A stretch of 64,000 nucleotides of DNA, taken from assembly GCA_963829855.1 (NCBI GenBank), contig CAWHKE010000009.1, forward strand, positions 4,202-68,201, read 5' to 3'. Below the pieces are notes generated by a model. That model had not been told where the DNA came from. It saw only the letters and a list, made by a program, of their open reading frames with translations, and ran no database searches. Below, one piece after another: positions 1-9,587 of the stretch. How positions within the stretch are numbered: position 1 is the stretch's first letter; each line of letters opens with the position of its first letter. A program made the position numbers and the translations under genes. Source of the stretch: an uncultured Actinomycetota bacterium. GTDB taxonomy: Bacteria > Actinomycetota > Actinomycetes > Propionibacteriales > Nocardioidaceae.

Positions 1-184
1 TTCCCACGAGCTTGGCCTTGGTCGAGGAAGCGACCCCCCGCCCTGGCTGGACGTACGGGGCCGACAGCACGGTGACTCCGCTCTGCGCGCTGGGTGCGCC
101 ACTGCTGGGCGCTGAGGTGAGGACGAGCAAGGGCGAGAGCAGGCCGATCGCCGTTGCGACGGCCATCCGAGAGCGCGTGGACAT
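1..184 (-). CDS. Secreted protein, N-terminal fragment (gene runs off the left edge)
   Basis: My reverse translation from ATG 184-182 gives MSTRSRMAVATAIGLLSPLLVLTSAPSSGAPSAQ..., which has a basic n-region, a hydrophobic core and small residues like a signal peptide. GGGGGA lies just upstream and third positions are mostly G/C. It is absent from the ORF track because it is truncated. Confidence 0.35.
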   Translation of the reverse strand, partial: MSTRSRMAVATAIGLLSPLLVLTSAPSSGAPSAQSGVTVLSAPYVQPGRGVASSTKAKLVG

Positions 185-369
185 GGTGGAGTTCCCCCAG
201 TGAAGTAAGCAGGCGCGAAGGCGCGGCCGAGGTTATCAGGGTCCCGGCTGCTTCCCGGCATCACGGGGACCGCCACCCTGAGATGCACGACACCTACACT
301 GCGGCCCATGCAGACCACCCCCGTGCAGCGTTGCCGTGACCGGGCACGGGGAGCCTCCGCGCTCTCAGC

Positions 370-2358
370 GTGGGGGCCCGAGGGCGCCTCGCCGTGAGGC
401 GCCGACCCGTTCGGGGGCCCGCCGGCCACCTACGCGAAGCGCGGGACGTCCTGTTCCTGGTCGCTCCCGGGGTGGATGCCGGGGCTGCCCTCGAGACAGT
501 CCCGGGCGCACGCAGCCACGCCCTCGCGAGTCCCGTCCCGCGCCCCCGCGAGCGCGATGCGGTCATCCTCGTGGTGCGCGACCTGACCCAGCTGCGGTCG
601 TCGATCACGGGGGTCGCGAACTTCGGCTCCGCCCGCCAGGTGGGCGTGTGGTTCCAGCGTCCGGTCCACAGGCTCCCGATCACGACCCTCCACCCGGAGT
701 GGCCGGACGTCGATCAGGTCGTCGCGGTCCGCACGCCGGAGAGCTTCATCGTCGTCTCCTTCCTCGAGCGCGCGCAGGTGCGGCCGGTTCTCGTCGAGCT
801 CGCGAGGGCAGCCGCCCCGTCCGGGACACTTGCTTCGGGATGGCCCGCAGTCGGTGCCGAGCGCGACCATCCGGCGTCCTGGCCCCCCGCTGAGCCCTCG
901 GCCAAGATCGCACTGCGCGCCCGCTTGCTCGACCAGTCCGCTGAACTCCCACCGGACGTCGTCCTGGTGACCGGAACGGACGCCGAGGGGACGCCCTCCG
1001 ACGATCATGCGGCGCTGGGCAGGCCGACCCACGTGACGGTGGTCGAACCCGAACTCACCTGGGCCATGTGGGACTCACTCACCTCGGAGGAGTCGACCGA
1101 GGCGCTGGCGCGGCGGGGGCCGGGGTCTTTGGGGCCCGTGGACGACCAGCTCGTCAACCCGATCGGTTTCGATCGCGACCCGCCCGGTGGCACGGGGAGC
1201 CTGAGGGGGGCCAGGAACGGTTCCCTCGCGGTCGCCGGCGAGCTGGTCCCCGGGTCTGGTGAGGTGGCCGTCGAGCACGGGGTCAGCGATGCCGACCTGC
1301 CGACGCTGCGGGGCCTGGCGGGCGTGCGCCTCGACTGGACCGGAGGCCGAGGCCCGCAGCACTACTGCCGGGTCGTGGCCGAGCTGGCCGCCGCTGGGGT
1401 CCCGCTGGTCACGACCGCGGTGCCGGCATGGGCGCGCCACCTGCTCTCCCCCGACCTCCTCACCGCCCTCGGTGCACCCGTCGACCTGACCGACCGACTG
1501 CGTCGGGAGGAGCACAGCATCCGGATCAGGCGGGCCGCCCTACGAGACCACGGACAGCGCGCGTGGCGGCGAGCGCTGGCGCGCGGCCACGGCCTGCAGG
1601 AGGTGCCCCAGCCCCGCATCAGCGCGCTGCTCGTGACACGTCGACCCGACATGCTCACCTTCGCACTGCGCCAGCTGGCTCGACAGCGCTGGGGGAGCCT
1701 CGAGGTGGTGCTGGCCACGCATGGGTTCGATCCGGACCCGGTGGCGCTCTCGGCGTTCCGCGAGGCGACCTCGGTGCCGGTGACGACCCTGACCGTCGAG
1801 GCGTCCGTGCCCTTCGGGCAGGTTCTCAACACCGCCGCCGATCGAGCCAGCGGCGACCTCCTTGCGAAGGTGGACGACGACGACTGGTACTCCCCGGACT
1901 TCCTGGGGGACCTACAGCTCGCTCATGCCTACAGCGGCGCCGAGCTGGTGGGGTGTCCTCCGGAGTTCACGTTCATCGAACCGTTGTGGCTCACCACTCG
2001 ACGCGCCACCCCGACGGAGGTGTACCGACCGTTCGTCGCCGGTGGGACGTTGCTGGTGGAGCGTGGTCTCTTCTGGTCGCTGGGCGGCTTCAGGCACACC
2101 CTCCGGTCGGTCGACGCGACGCTGCTGTCGGCGGTGACGGGGGCAGGGGGGCGGGTCTTCCGCACGCAGGGACTCGGCTACGTGCTGCGCCGGGCCGCGT
2201 CGGGGCACACCTGGGACCCCGGACTGGGCTACTTCCTGGCCGGCGAACGCGCGAGCGACCAGTGGCGCGGATTCCGCCCGAGCGCGCTGCTCGATCCCGA
2301 CCCCACAACCCTGCCGGACCGACCCGACGAGGCTCCAGATACCATCGAGATGCCATGA
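370..2358 (+). CDS. Glycosyltransferase family 2-like protein with a large uncharacterised N-terminal region
   Basis: The C-terminal third reads ISALLVTRRPDMLTFAL...VDDDDWYSPDFL, a GT-A fold with an acidic DXD-type motif. G/C third positions are near 95% from about nt 600 but lower at 430-480, so the true start is uncertain (370 to about 560). The stop overlaps the next gene's ATG (ATGA at 2355-2358). Confidence 0.7.
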   Translation: MGARGRLAVRRRPVRGPAGHLREARDVLFLVAPGVDAGAALETVPGARSHALASPVPRPRERDAVILVVRDLTQLRSSITGVANFGSARQVGVWFQRPVHRLPITTLHPEWPDVDQVVAVRTPESFIVVSFLERAQVRPVLVELARAAAPSGTLASGWPAVGAERDHPASWPPAEPSAKIALRARLLDQSAELPPDVVLVTGTDAEGTPSDDHAALGRPTHVTVVEPELTWAMWDSLTSEESTEALARRGPGSLGPVDDQLVNPIGFDRDPPGGTGSLRGARNGSLAVAGELVPGSGEVAVEHGVSDADLPTLRGLAGVRLDWTGGRGPQHYCRVVAELAAAGVPLVTTAVPAWARHLLSPDLLTALGAPVDLTDRLRREEHSIRIRRAALRDHGQRAWRRALARGHGLQEVPQPRISALLVTRRPDMLTFALRQLARQRWGSLEVVLATHGFDPDPVALSAFREATSVPVTTLTVEASVPFGQVLNTAADRASGDLLAKVDDDDWYSPDFLGDLQLAHAYSGAELVGCPPEFTFIEPLWLTTRRATPTEVYRPFVAGGTLLVERGLFWSLGGFRHTLRSVDATLLSAVTGAGGRVFRTQGLGYVLRRAASGHTWDPGLGYFLAGERASDQWRGFRPSALLDPDPTTLPDRPDEAPDTIEMP

Positions 2359-3943
2359 CTCTCGGACCTGGCCCTCGTGTGAAGGGCAATGACTGGAGCG
2401 TGCTCGACCCTCCGGACCCGGGCTCGTACGTACCGTCGCGGACGGTCAGCGTCGTGATCCCGGCCTACCGCGCGCAGGACACCCTGCCATACACCCTGGC
2501 CGCTCTGGAGGCCCAGTCATACCCGGCGCACCTGCTCGAGGTCGTGGTCGTGGACGACGACGACGACAGCCCGCGCCTAGACCTCCCCGAGCGTCGTCCC
2601 GAGCGGACGAGGCTCGTCGACGCCACGTCATCCTGGGGTCCGGCCAACGCTCGCGATGCGGGCGCCGCCGTGGCCGAGGGGGAGGTCATCCACTGGCTCG
2701 ACGCCGACATGGTGCCCGACCGTGACCACGTCGCCCAGCAGATGCGTTGGCACCACGTGCTCGACCACGCCGTGGTGCTCGGTCACAAGCGGTTCGTGGA
2801 CCGGGCGCCCCTCCCACCGGTCGACGAGGTGCATCGGGCGGTCGTCGAGGGGCGACTGGACGACGTGCTCGCGCGGGGATGGGTCGAGGACCACGCCTGG
2901 GTCGAGGCGATCTGGTCACGGACGGACGACCTGAAGACCGCGGGCTTCCGCGCCTTCCACGTGCATGTCGGGGCCACCGCCAGCGCCCGACGTGAGCTGT
3001 ATGCCGCTGCGGGGGGCATAGACATTCGCTGAAGCTCGGGGAGGACGTCGAACTGGGGTACCGCCTGGCGATGCGGGGGGCCGTCTTCGTCGCGGATCGC
3101 GGTGCTACGAGCTGGCACCTCGGGCGCTCGCACCTGATGCGACTCGAGTCACTCGTGCAGCGCTACAACACGCCCTTCGTCGCCCAGCGGGTCCCGGACT
3201 TCCGCAAGTTCCGCCAGTGCCGCGGCCGCTCGTACCAGGTGCCGTACATCGAGGTCGTGATCCCCGTGGCGGGGCACGCCTGGGAACTGGTGAAATACAC
3301 CGTCGACGGGGTGCTCCAGGCCCAGCCCTCCGACCTGCGCTGCGTGCTCGTGGGCCCGTGGGGCGACCTGCACGACGAGCGGCGACAGCTGCTGCAGGAC
3401 GACGCCCTCGACCTCCGCCTGGTCCAGGAGGAGTACGCGTCGGACCGACGCGTGGTCATGGCCGAGGCCGCCGAACCGACCGCGTTCCCGGCTCAGTTCC
3501 GGCTCCGGCTCCCGGTCGGCTGGCGGCCCGGGGCGATGACCCTCGAACGTCTGACCCGTGAGATGCAGCGGCGCTCCCAGGGCCTGCGCTCCGTGATCCT
3601 CGGTGCAGGTCAGGTCGCGCGGCTCGAACGGACGGCGGCGTTCGAACGCGCCCGTCGCGTCCGATCACCGGGCGAGACCATCGACGATGCCGTCGATACC
3701 GTCTCCGAGACGTGGTGGTCCGACGGTGCCGAGGACGGGTTCGAGTGTCCCGAGGTGCCGCTCGAGCCACCGGCCAAGCCAGGCCCGGCACCGCAGGTGG
3801 ATCGCGCGGACCCGTGGGCGTCGTCCGCACCGACCGCGGGTGTTCTGGGAGAGGCGGCGATCGTCGAGCAGGATCAACCCGGGTTCCCGGGGCGCCGCAG
3901 CCTGTCCCGCCTGCGCCCCCACTCGTTCGGCGGCCGTCGCTGA
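2355..3943 (+). pseudogene. GT2 glycosyltransferase interrupted by a 1-nt deletion (frames join near 3024-3030)
   Basis: ORF 2355-3032 has VSVVIPAYRAQDTLPYTLAALEAQ...VVVDDDDD...HWLDADM and ends ...AAAGGIDIR*. The +2 frame is open from 2996 and reads ...SLKLGEDVELGYRLAMRGAVFVAD (track ORF 3071-3943), which is the canonical GT2 GEDxELxxRL continuation. Total length is 1589 nt, which is 3n-1. Confidence 0.7.
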
Positions 3944-4519
3944 CAAGTTGGCCGGGCCTCAACTGGCGCGACGCGCATCAGTCCTTCGAGTCTGTCTGCT
4001 CTCAGGGTGCAGCAGCCACCCGCGGCATCGCCTCCGGACTCGGACTACAGCGCCTCGGTGACGATCGACCTGGACGCCCTCGAAAGTCATCATCTCACGG
4101 TTGGCATTCGATCGACCACGCGAGGACCAACGCTGCCGACGGAGCGAAATCTGATGACCTACGGGGGGCTGTCCGGGGACTTGACGGTCAGCACCACGGG
4201 TTCAGACATTGAACCTCGAAGAGCGCCTGATGCGACCTGCGCTGGAGAAGCAAGCTCATCGCCGCTGGCGGGAGCATGTGACGAGCTGTGACGAGGTGGA
4301 GCACCTCGTGCGCCCTAGACGCAGCGGTGCCGACCATGCTTTGTCACGCGAGCCATGGCAAGATCGACCATCAAGTGGGAGCGAGCCCACTCGCCTTGTT
4401 CGGAACCTGGCCGAGTCTTGCAGCAGCCAAAGATTAGGCTTCGCGCGGTGCGGACGTTGCTGCACTGAGACACCAAGGACCCCCATGACTCTCGGATCAC
4501 GATTCCCGCAGGGCCCCCC

Positions 4520-7500
4520 ATGCCCGCCTCGCAGTCAGCGACTCAAGTTCAAGTGCGGGATGCCCGCATGAGCCCGCGCGGCGTCGACCTTTCGGTCGTC
4601 ATTGGGTTCAAGGACTGGGGTGTCGACCGCCTGCGGCTGGCCGTCGAGTCACTTGTCGGCTCCTTCGGCGACCTGTGTGGCGAAGTCATCGTGTCGGACT
4701 ACGGGTCCACTACCTGCCCTGAAGTGAAGCAGGTCGTGGAGGATGCGGGTGGTCGCCACGTCTACACCCACACCGACGGAACCTGGTCGAGGTCGCGTGC
4801 CCTGAATGCCGGGTTCGCAGAATCCACGGGGTTCGTCCTGGTGTCGACGGACGCAGACATGCTGTTCGCCCCGAGGTCAATGGAGGTCATCGGAGAACGG
4901 GTGATGACGGATCCGTGGGAGGCCCTGGTCCTACAGTGCAGAGATCTGCCTCCTGGCATGGGCAGTGACTGGGTTGACGCGAACGGGCCCCAATGGGGCG
5001 CGCTTCGCGCCGCATCGACTCTTCGTCCTCGCTGGGGGATGGGGGGGATGATGGCAGTCGCGCGGGATGCCTTCTTGGACGTGCGCGGTTTCGATGAGCG
5101 GATGCAGATCTATGGCGGCGAGGACCTCGACTTCGCACAGCGGGTGAGGCGGTCGGGACGACGGGTGAGTTGGATAGAGGATCCCGACGTACGCATGTAC
5201 CACATGTGGCACCCGTCCTCTCGAACGGCGGCCAGCGAGACAACGGTGGGCTTGGCGGCCATCGAGTACAACCGAGATGTACTTCTCAACGATGCCTCGA
5301 TCATCCGCAACATCACGACCTGGCGCCACAGGACACCCGATGCTCCGCCGGTGGCGTCGGTCGTCATCGTGACGCGAAACAGGGCCGCGCTCCTGCGCGA
5401 GAGTCTGAGTTCCGCCCTGGCTCAGACGGTCCAGGACATAGAGGTTCTCGTCGTCGACGACGGGTCCGATGACGATACCCGTGAGGTGGTCGAACGCGTT
5501 CAGGACCCGCGCGTCCGATACCTGCGCTCGCCAGGCACAGGTATCGCTGCGGCGCGCAACTTCGCGGCAACTCACACCCGTGGCAAGTACACCGTTGTCC
5601 ACGATGACGACGACATGATGATGCCCGACCGCATTGAGCATCACTTGGCGAGCTTGGAGGCGGGGGACTCAGGCAACTACGGGGGATGGGTCGACTTCGA
5701 TGGCACGACGGGGGAAGTCGTCGCGGTCAACAGAGGGAAGCCGTACTCCCTGATGGCGCTGCTCTTCTCCGAGCGCGTGTATGCCCACGCCACCGTGATG
5801 CTGGAGACCCGGTTGATTCGCGAGGTCGGGTATGACGAGCGCTTCCGGTCCGGATCTGACTACAACCTCGCCATCCGACTGGCTCGCCTGGGGATAACTC
5901 TCCGGCACACAGGTCGGATCCACCTCGCGCGTCGCCTCCACTCAGACCAGGTGACCTACCACGACACGAGGACCCAGCAGTCAGCCGGCCGTTGGACCTC
6001 GGGGGCGGCCCTGGGCTTGATCGCACCCGACCGGCACGCCGCCATCCGTGCGTCGGCCCGTCAGGTCGCTCCTGTCGACTTGGGCATGGACGACCAAGAA
6101 GCGGGAAGGTCGATTCGCCCATTCCTCCCCGATCGATTCGTGTGTCGCGACCTTCATGTCGTGATGATGCCGGGCGAGGTGTCGGGAGCCGCGTCTGAGG
6201 TCACGGAAGTCGTGGCCATCGAGGAGTTGCTCCACGGCCATGCGGAGCGCCTCGTGTGTGGTGTGGTCCGAGACGTGACGTGGGACGAGTGGGCGGCCTT
6301 GAGTCGCCACGCACGGTGCACCGTGCTCCGCTCCCGTATGCGCACTGGCAAGCCTGCGCCCCTCGTGGCCGTGGAAACCGGCGAGCACTTTCGCCGCATC
6401 GCAATGCTCCTGCTCCATACCTTGCCGACGACCAAGGCCGCGTTGGTGGTGGGGCACTGGGACGAAATCGATCTGCAGAAGTCGTGTTTGCTCGGCCATT
6501 GGAGGGCCGGCAGTGACCAGGCCTTGCTCGTTTCGTTGCCGGCGGGTCAGCCCATGGTCGATGAGCTGCGCACGTCCTCAGGGGCCCACGTCCGGGTGAT
6601 GCAGGCTCCGCGAAGCCTGCCTTCCAAGCGAAAGCCTGAGACCTCAGCGAGACCCGTGCAGCGCGTGGTGCCGAAGGCGCCGAAGAAGCCAAAGCTCGCT
6701 GGGCAAGAGGGGGTTCGCCGCGGCAAGCCAGCGACGTCCCGAAGGGCGGCCGACAAAGGCACTGGCGCGCGGGGTGGGACCCAAGCGGGCAAACGGCAGG
6801 TGACACCCCGGAGGTCACCGGCCAAGGTGCCAGGCCGCGGTTCTCTTGGCTCCGACGCAGTCGGGGATGACGTCCCCAAGGGTCCGCGCGCGCACAAGAA
6901 GTCAGGCGCGCCTCGCGCGCGTACGAGTCCGCTTGAGCACGAGCCGCGGGGGTTCTTCACACGCCGCCGCGCTCTCATCGGGTCTGTGACACTGTCGGCG
7001 TTGTGTGGTGGGGTGGCCGTCAGCGCCCTCATGGGCGGTGGGCTGGGGGCCGCTGTTGCGATGGCTGTCGGAGTGTGGTTTGCCGTCACAGCGGGACTGC
7101 TGCTCATGCTGATGTTTCGAGCGATCGACTCGGCGAGAGACGTTGAACATGTCGCGCGCGGCGCCGCGCGGCGCGCGCGATCGGCGGCTGAGTCCAACGG
7201 TCGACAGGCTCGGCGTCAACATCAGCGAGCGCTCTTGAGGGAACGAAAGTTCACCGAGAAGGCGAACGAGCGCCTCGTGGCTCAAATCGCGCAGCGCGTT
7301 GGTGAGCAGCAGCGCACGGACGATGATCGACTGCTGGGAAGGATCTCCGAACGGGTTACTGCTCTGGAAGCGCTTCTCGGCGAACTGGCTGGGCAGGAGG
7401 CGGTGGCGCTTGAAGCAGCTGCTGCTGGACTGGCTGATCGTTTGACCATGCTCCAGGCACCCCTCTCATCGATTGATGAACGCATACGAGGTCTAGAAGA

Positions 7501-8254
7501 GGCGTTGACGGCGCTCGACCTACGCCTTTCCGGGGCCCAGGAGCAACAGGCCGAGCTGCTCAAGGCAACGAGGGCCGTTCCTGACGCCGTTGAGATGCGC
7601 ACGCGCGCTCAGCTTCGACATCAGCTGGATGAGGCGCAGGCACTGGTTAATCTCTTCCGGCTCGCGCCCCTAAAGGCTGCGGCCCCTCGGATGGGCGGCT
7701 GGGCTGCCTCCGCTGATGTCGTGCTCCGGATCGTGGACGAGCTGCTCGCGAACGAGCCCAAGGTAGTAGTGGAGTGTGGCAGCGGCGCGTCTACGGTATG
7801 GATGGCCCTGGTCATCCGCGAGTTTGGCCTCCCCAGTCACATCGTGGCCCTTGAACACGACGAGAAGTTCGCAACTGCTACGAGGCTTCAGCTGGAACGG
7901 CTCGGGGTTTCCGATCATGCGGAGGTGCGGCTGACTCCGTTGAGAACGACTAACGTGATACCTGGACACACCACACCGTGGTACGACCCGACACTCCTGC
8001 AGGACCTCAACGACATCGGACTTCTCTTCGTAGACGGGCCGCCTGGTGGCACCGGAGCCCAGGCCCGCTTGCCAGCTGTGCCGGTTCTCATGGGGCGACT
8101 CGCTGATGTGTGCACCATCGTGGTCGACGATCTTCACCGCCCGGAGGAACAGGCAATCGTTGAACGCTGGCGTGACCTGCTCGACGACTTCGACCACGAA
8201 GTACTTCCCGGAGAGAAGCCTGCCGCGATCCTCACCAGACGGGCGCGTACGTAA
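4520..8254 (+). CDS. Multidomain membrane protein: GT2 (aa 23-235), GT2 (aa 279-478), unknown domain (aa 480-697), K/R/P-rich linker (aa 698-817), TM hairpin (aa 818-866), coiled coil (aa 867-1047) and class I SAM-methyltransferase-like domain (aa 1055-1244)
   Basis: GT2-A: LSVVIGFKDWG...STDADMLF...YGGEDLDFAQRV. GT2-B: ASVVIVTRNRAALL...VLVVDDGSDDDT...HDDDDMMMPD. TM hairpin: ALIGSVTLSALCGGVAVSALMGGGLGAAVAMAVGVWFAVTAGLLLMLMF. Coiled-coil-like stretch: RISERVTALEALLGELAG...IDERIRGLEEALTALDLRL. C-terminus: VVVECGSGASTVWMALV...LLFVDGPPGG (Methyltransf_24-like). An alternative start is M17 (nt 4568). Confidence 0.85.
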   Translation: MPASQSATQVQVRDARMSPRGVDLSVVIGFKDWGVDRLRLAVESLVGSFGDLCGEVIVSDYGSTTCPEVKQVVEDAGGRHVYTHTDGTWSRSRALNAGFAESTGFVLVSTDADMLFAPRSMEVIGERVMTDPWEALVLQCRDLPPGMGSDWVDANGPQWGALRAASTLRPRWGMGGMMAVARDAFLDVRGFDERMQIYGGEDLDFAQRVRRSGRRVSWIEDPDVRMYHMWHPSSRTAASETTVGLAAIEYNRDVLLNDASIIRNITTWRHRTPDAPPVASVVIVTRNRAALLRESLSSALAQTVQDIEVLVVDDGSDDDTREVVERVQDPRVRYLRSPGTGIAAARNFAATHTRGKYTVVHDDDDMMMPDRIEHHLASLEAGDSGNYGGWVDFDGTTGEVVAVNRGKPYSLMALLFSERVYAHATVMLETRLIREVGYDERFRSGSDYNLAIRLARLGITLRHTGRIHLARRLHSDQVTYHDTRTQQSAGRWTSGAALGLIAPDRHAAIRASARQVAPVDLGMDDQEAGRSIRPFLPDRFVCRDLHVVMMPGEVSGAASEVTEVVAIEELLHGHAERLVCGVVRDVTWDEWAALSRHARCTVLRSRMRTGKPAPLVAVETGEHFRRIAMLLLHTLPTTKAALVVGHWDEIDLQKSCLLGHWRAGSDQALLVSLPAGQPMVDELRTSSGAHVRVMQAPRSLPSKRKPETSARPVQRVVPKAPKKPKLAGQEGVRRGKPATSRRAADKGTGARGGTQAGKRQVTPRRSPAKVPGRGSLGSDAVGDDVPKGPRAHKKSGAPRARTSPLEHEPRGFFTRRRALIGSVTLSALCGGVAVSALMGGGLGAAVAMAVGVWFAVTAGLLLMLMFRAIDSARDVEHVARGAARRARSAAESNGRQARRQHQRALLRERKFTEKANERLVAQIAQRVGEQQRTDDDRLLGRISERVTALEALLGELAGQEAVALEAAAAGLADRLTMLQAPLSSIDERIRGLEEALTALDLRLSGAQEQQAELLKATRAVPDAVEMRTRAQLRHQLDEAQALVNLFRLAPLKAAAPRMGGWAASADVVLRIVDELLANEPKVVVECGSGASTVWMALVIREFGLPSHIVALEHDEKFATATRLQLERLGVSDHAEVRLTPLRTTNVIPGHTTPWYDPTLLQDLNDIGLLFVDGPPGGTGAQARLPAVPVLMGRLADVCTIVVDDLHRPEEQAIVERWRDLLDDFDHEVLPGEKPAAILTRRART

Positions 8255-8265
8255 AGGGACTTGCT

Positions 8266-9549
8266 GTGGACAACGATCAATTGGTGGAGCCGTCGAGCGT
8301 CGTTGACCTTGTGGTAGTCGGCTTGGGCTACGTGGGCTTGCCACTTGCGCATCGCGCGACTGAGGCAGGCCTGTCTGTACTCGGGTTCGACGTCAATGGG
8401 GACGTCGTGGACGGACTCAATTCCGGGGTCTCCCACATCGACGATCTGGATGATGCGGAGATGGGGTTCATGCTGGAGGCTGGGTTCAAAGCCACAACGG
8501 ATCCCAATGTCCTGCGTGCCACGACGGCAGCCGCGATCTGTGTGCCGACACCTCTCGCGGCGAGCGGCGGCCCTGATCTCTCGGCAGTCCGCGCTGCGTG
8601 TGCCACGATCGGGGATCACGTGAAGGCGAATACGCTTGTGGTGCTCGAGTCCACGACCTATCCGGGGACGACTGCCGAGGTCGTAGGACCCGCCTTGGAA
8701 GAGCGCTCTGGGCTTCGAGTCGGAGACGACTTGTTCCTTGCCTTCTCGCCCGAGCGTATCGACCCAGGGAACGCCGAGTTCGGCGTGGCAAATACGCCTA
8801 AGGTGGTGGGTGCGGACGACCCCTTGAGCCTCAAGCGTGCGACAGAGTTGTACGGGGTAATGGTCGGAGAAGTCGTTGAGGCCAAGGGAACGCGCGAGGC
8901 GGAGGCCGCCAAACTGCTCGAAAACACCTACCGGCACGTCAACATCGCTCTCGTGAACGAGATGAGCCAGGTGTTTCATGCTCTCGAGGTCGACGTGTGG
9001 GACGTGATACGTCTCGCGGCAACCAAACCGTTTGGTTTCGCTCCCTTCTACCCCGGCCCAGGCGTCGGCGGGCACTGCATCCCCATCGACCCGAACTATC
9101 TCAGTCACCACGTGCGTAGCCAGCTCGGGTTCGGTTTTCGAATCATCGAGCTGTCGCAGGAGATCAACCAGATGATGCCCGCCTACATTGCCCGCCGGGT
9201 GCAGTCGCTCCTGAATGATGAGGGTCGCCCAGTGCGCGGCAGCAAGGTCTTGTTGCTGGGCACGACGTACAAGCCCGACATCGCGGATCAACGGGAGTCA
9301 CCGTCGTCGGCGGTAGCGAGTGAACTGGCTTCTCTCGGTGCGGAGCTGTACTACCACGATCCGCATGTCCTTCAGTGGCTCCACGGAGTGACACGAGTCG
9401 AAGACCCATACGCATCAGCTGGTGACATGGACCTGTGCGTCCTGCTCGTCAACCACAAGCGATACGACGTTCCTGCGTTGGTTTCCGCTAGCCGCCTCTT
9501 CTTTGACACGCGAGGCGCCACCGAGGGCGACGACGCCATCCGTCTATAA
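8266..9549 (+). CDS. Nucleotide-sugar 6-dehydrogenase, UDP-N-acetylhexosamine (GlcNAc/ManNAc) dehydrogenase-like
   Basis: It has a Rossmann VVVGLGYVGLPLA motif, FSPERIDPGN, and the catalytic Cys motif GVGGHCIPIDP. The GTG start lies 11 nt after the upstream stop and is preceded by AAAGGGA, so it is in an operon with the giant gene. Confidence 0.9.
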   Translation: MDNDQLVEPSSVVDLVVVGLGYVGLPLAHRATEAGLSVLGFDVNGDVVDGLNSGVSHIDDLDDAEMGFMLEAGFKATTDPNVLRATTAAAICVPTPLAASGGPDLSAVRAACATIGDHVKANTLVVLESTTYPGTTAEVVGPALEERSGLRVGDDLFLAFSPERIDPGNAEFGVANTPKVVGADDPLSLKRATELYGVMVGEVVEAKGTREAEAAKLLENTYRHVNIALVNEMSQVFHALEVDVWDVIRLAATKPFGFAPFYPGPGVGGHCIPIDPNYLSHHVRSQLGFGFRIIELSQEINQMMPAYIARRVQSLLNDEGRPVRGSKVLLLGTTYKPDIADQRESPSSAVASELASLGAELYYHDPHVLQWLHGVTRVEDPYASAGDMDLCVLLVNHKRYDVPALVSASRLFFDTRGATEGDDAIRL

Positions 9550-9587
9550 CCCTTCAGCAGCGAGACATGCTCGGACGGTCCCGGGGT

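Noticed and set aside
12-203. 63-aa plus-strand ORF at the left edge
   Set aside because: It is antisense to a better candidate, the minus-strand signal-peptide ORF starting at 184. It has no motif and is typical GC-rich read-through.
4007-4571. ORFs of 68-120 aa on both strands in the 576-bp gap
   Set aside because: They have mixed third-position composition, no motifs, and overlap one another. They are treated as non-coding pending a homology search.
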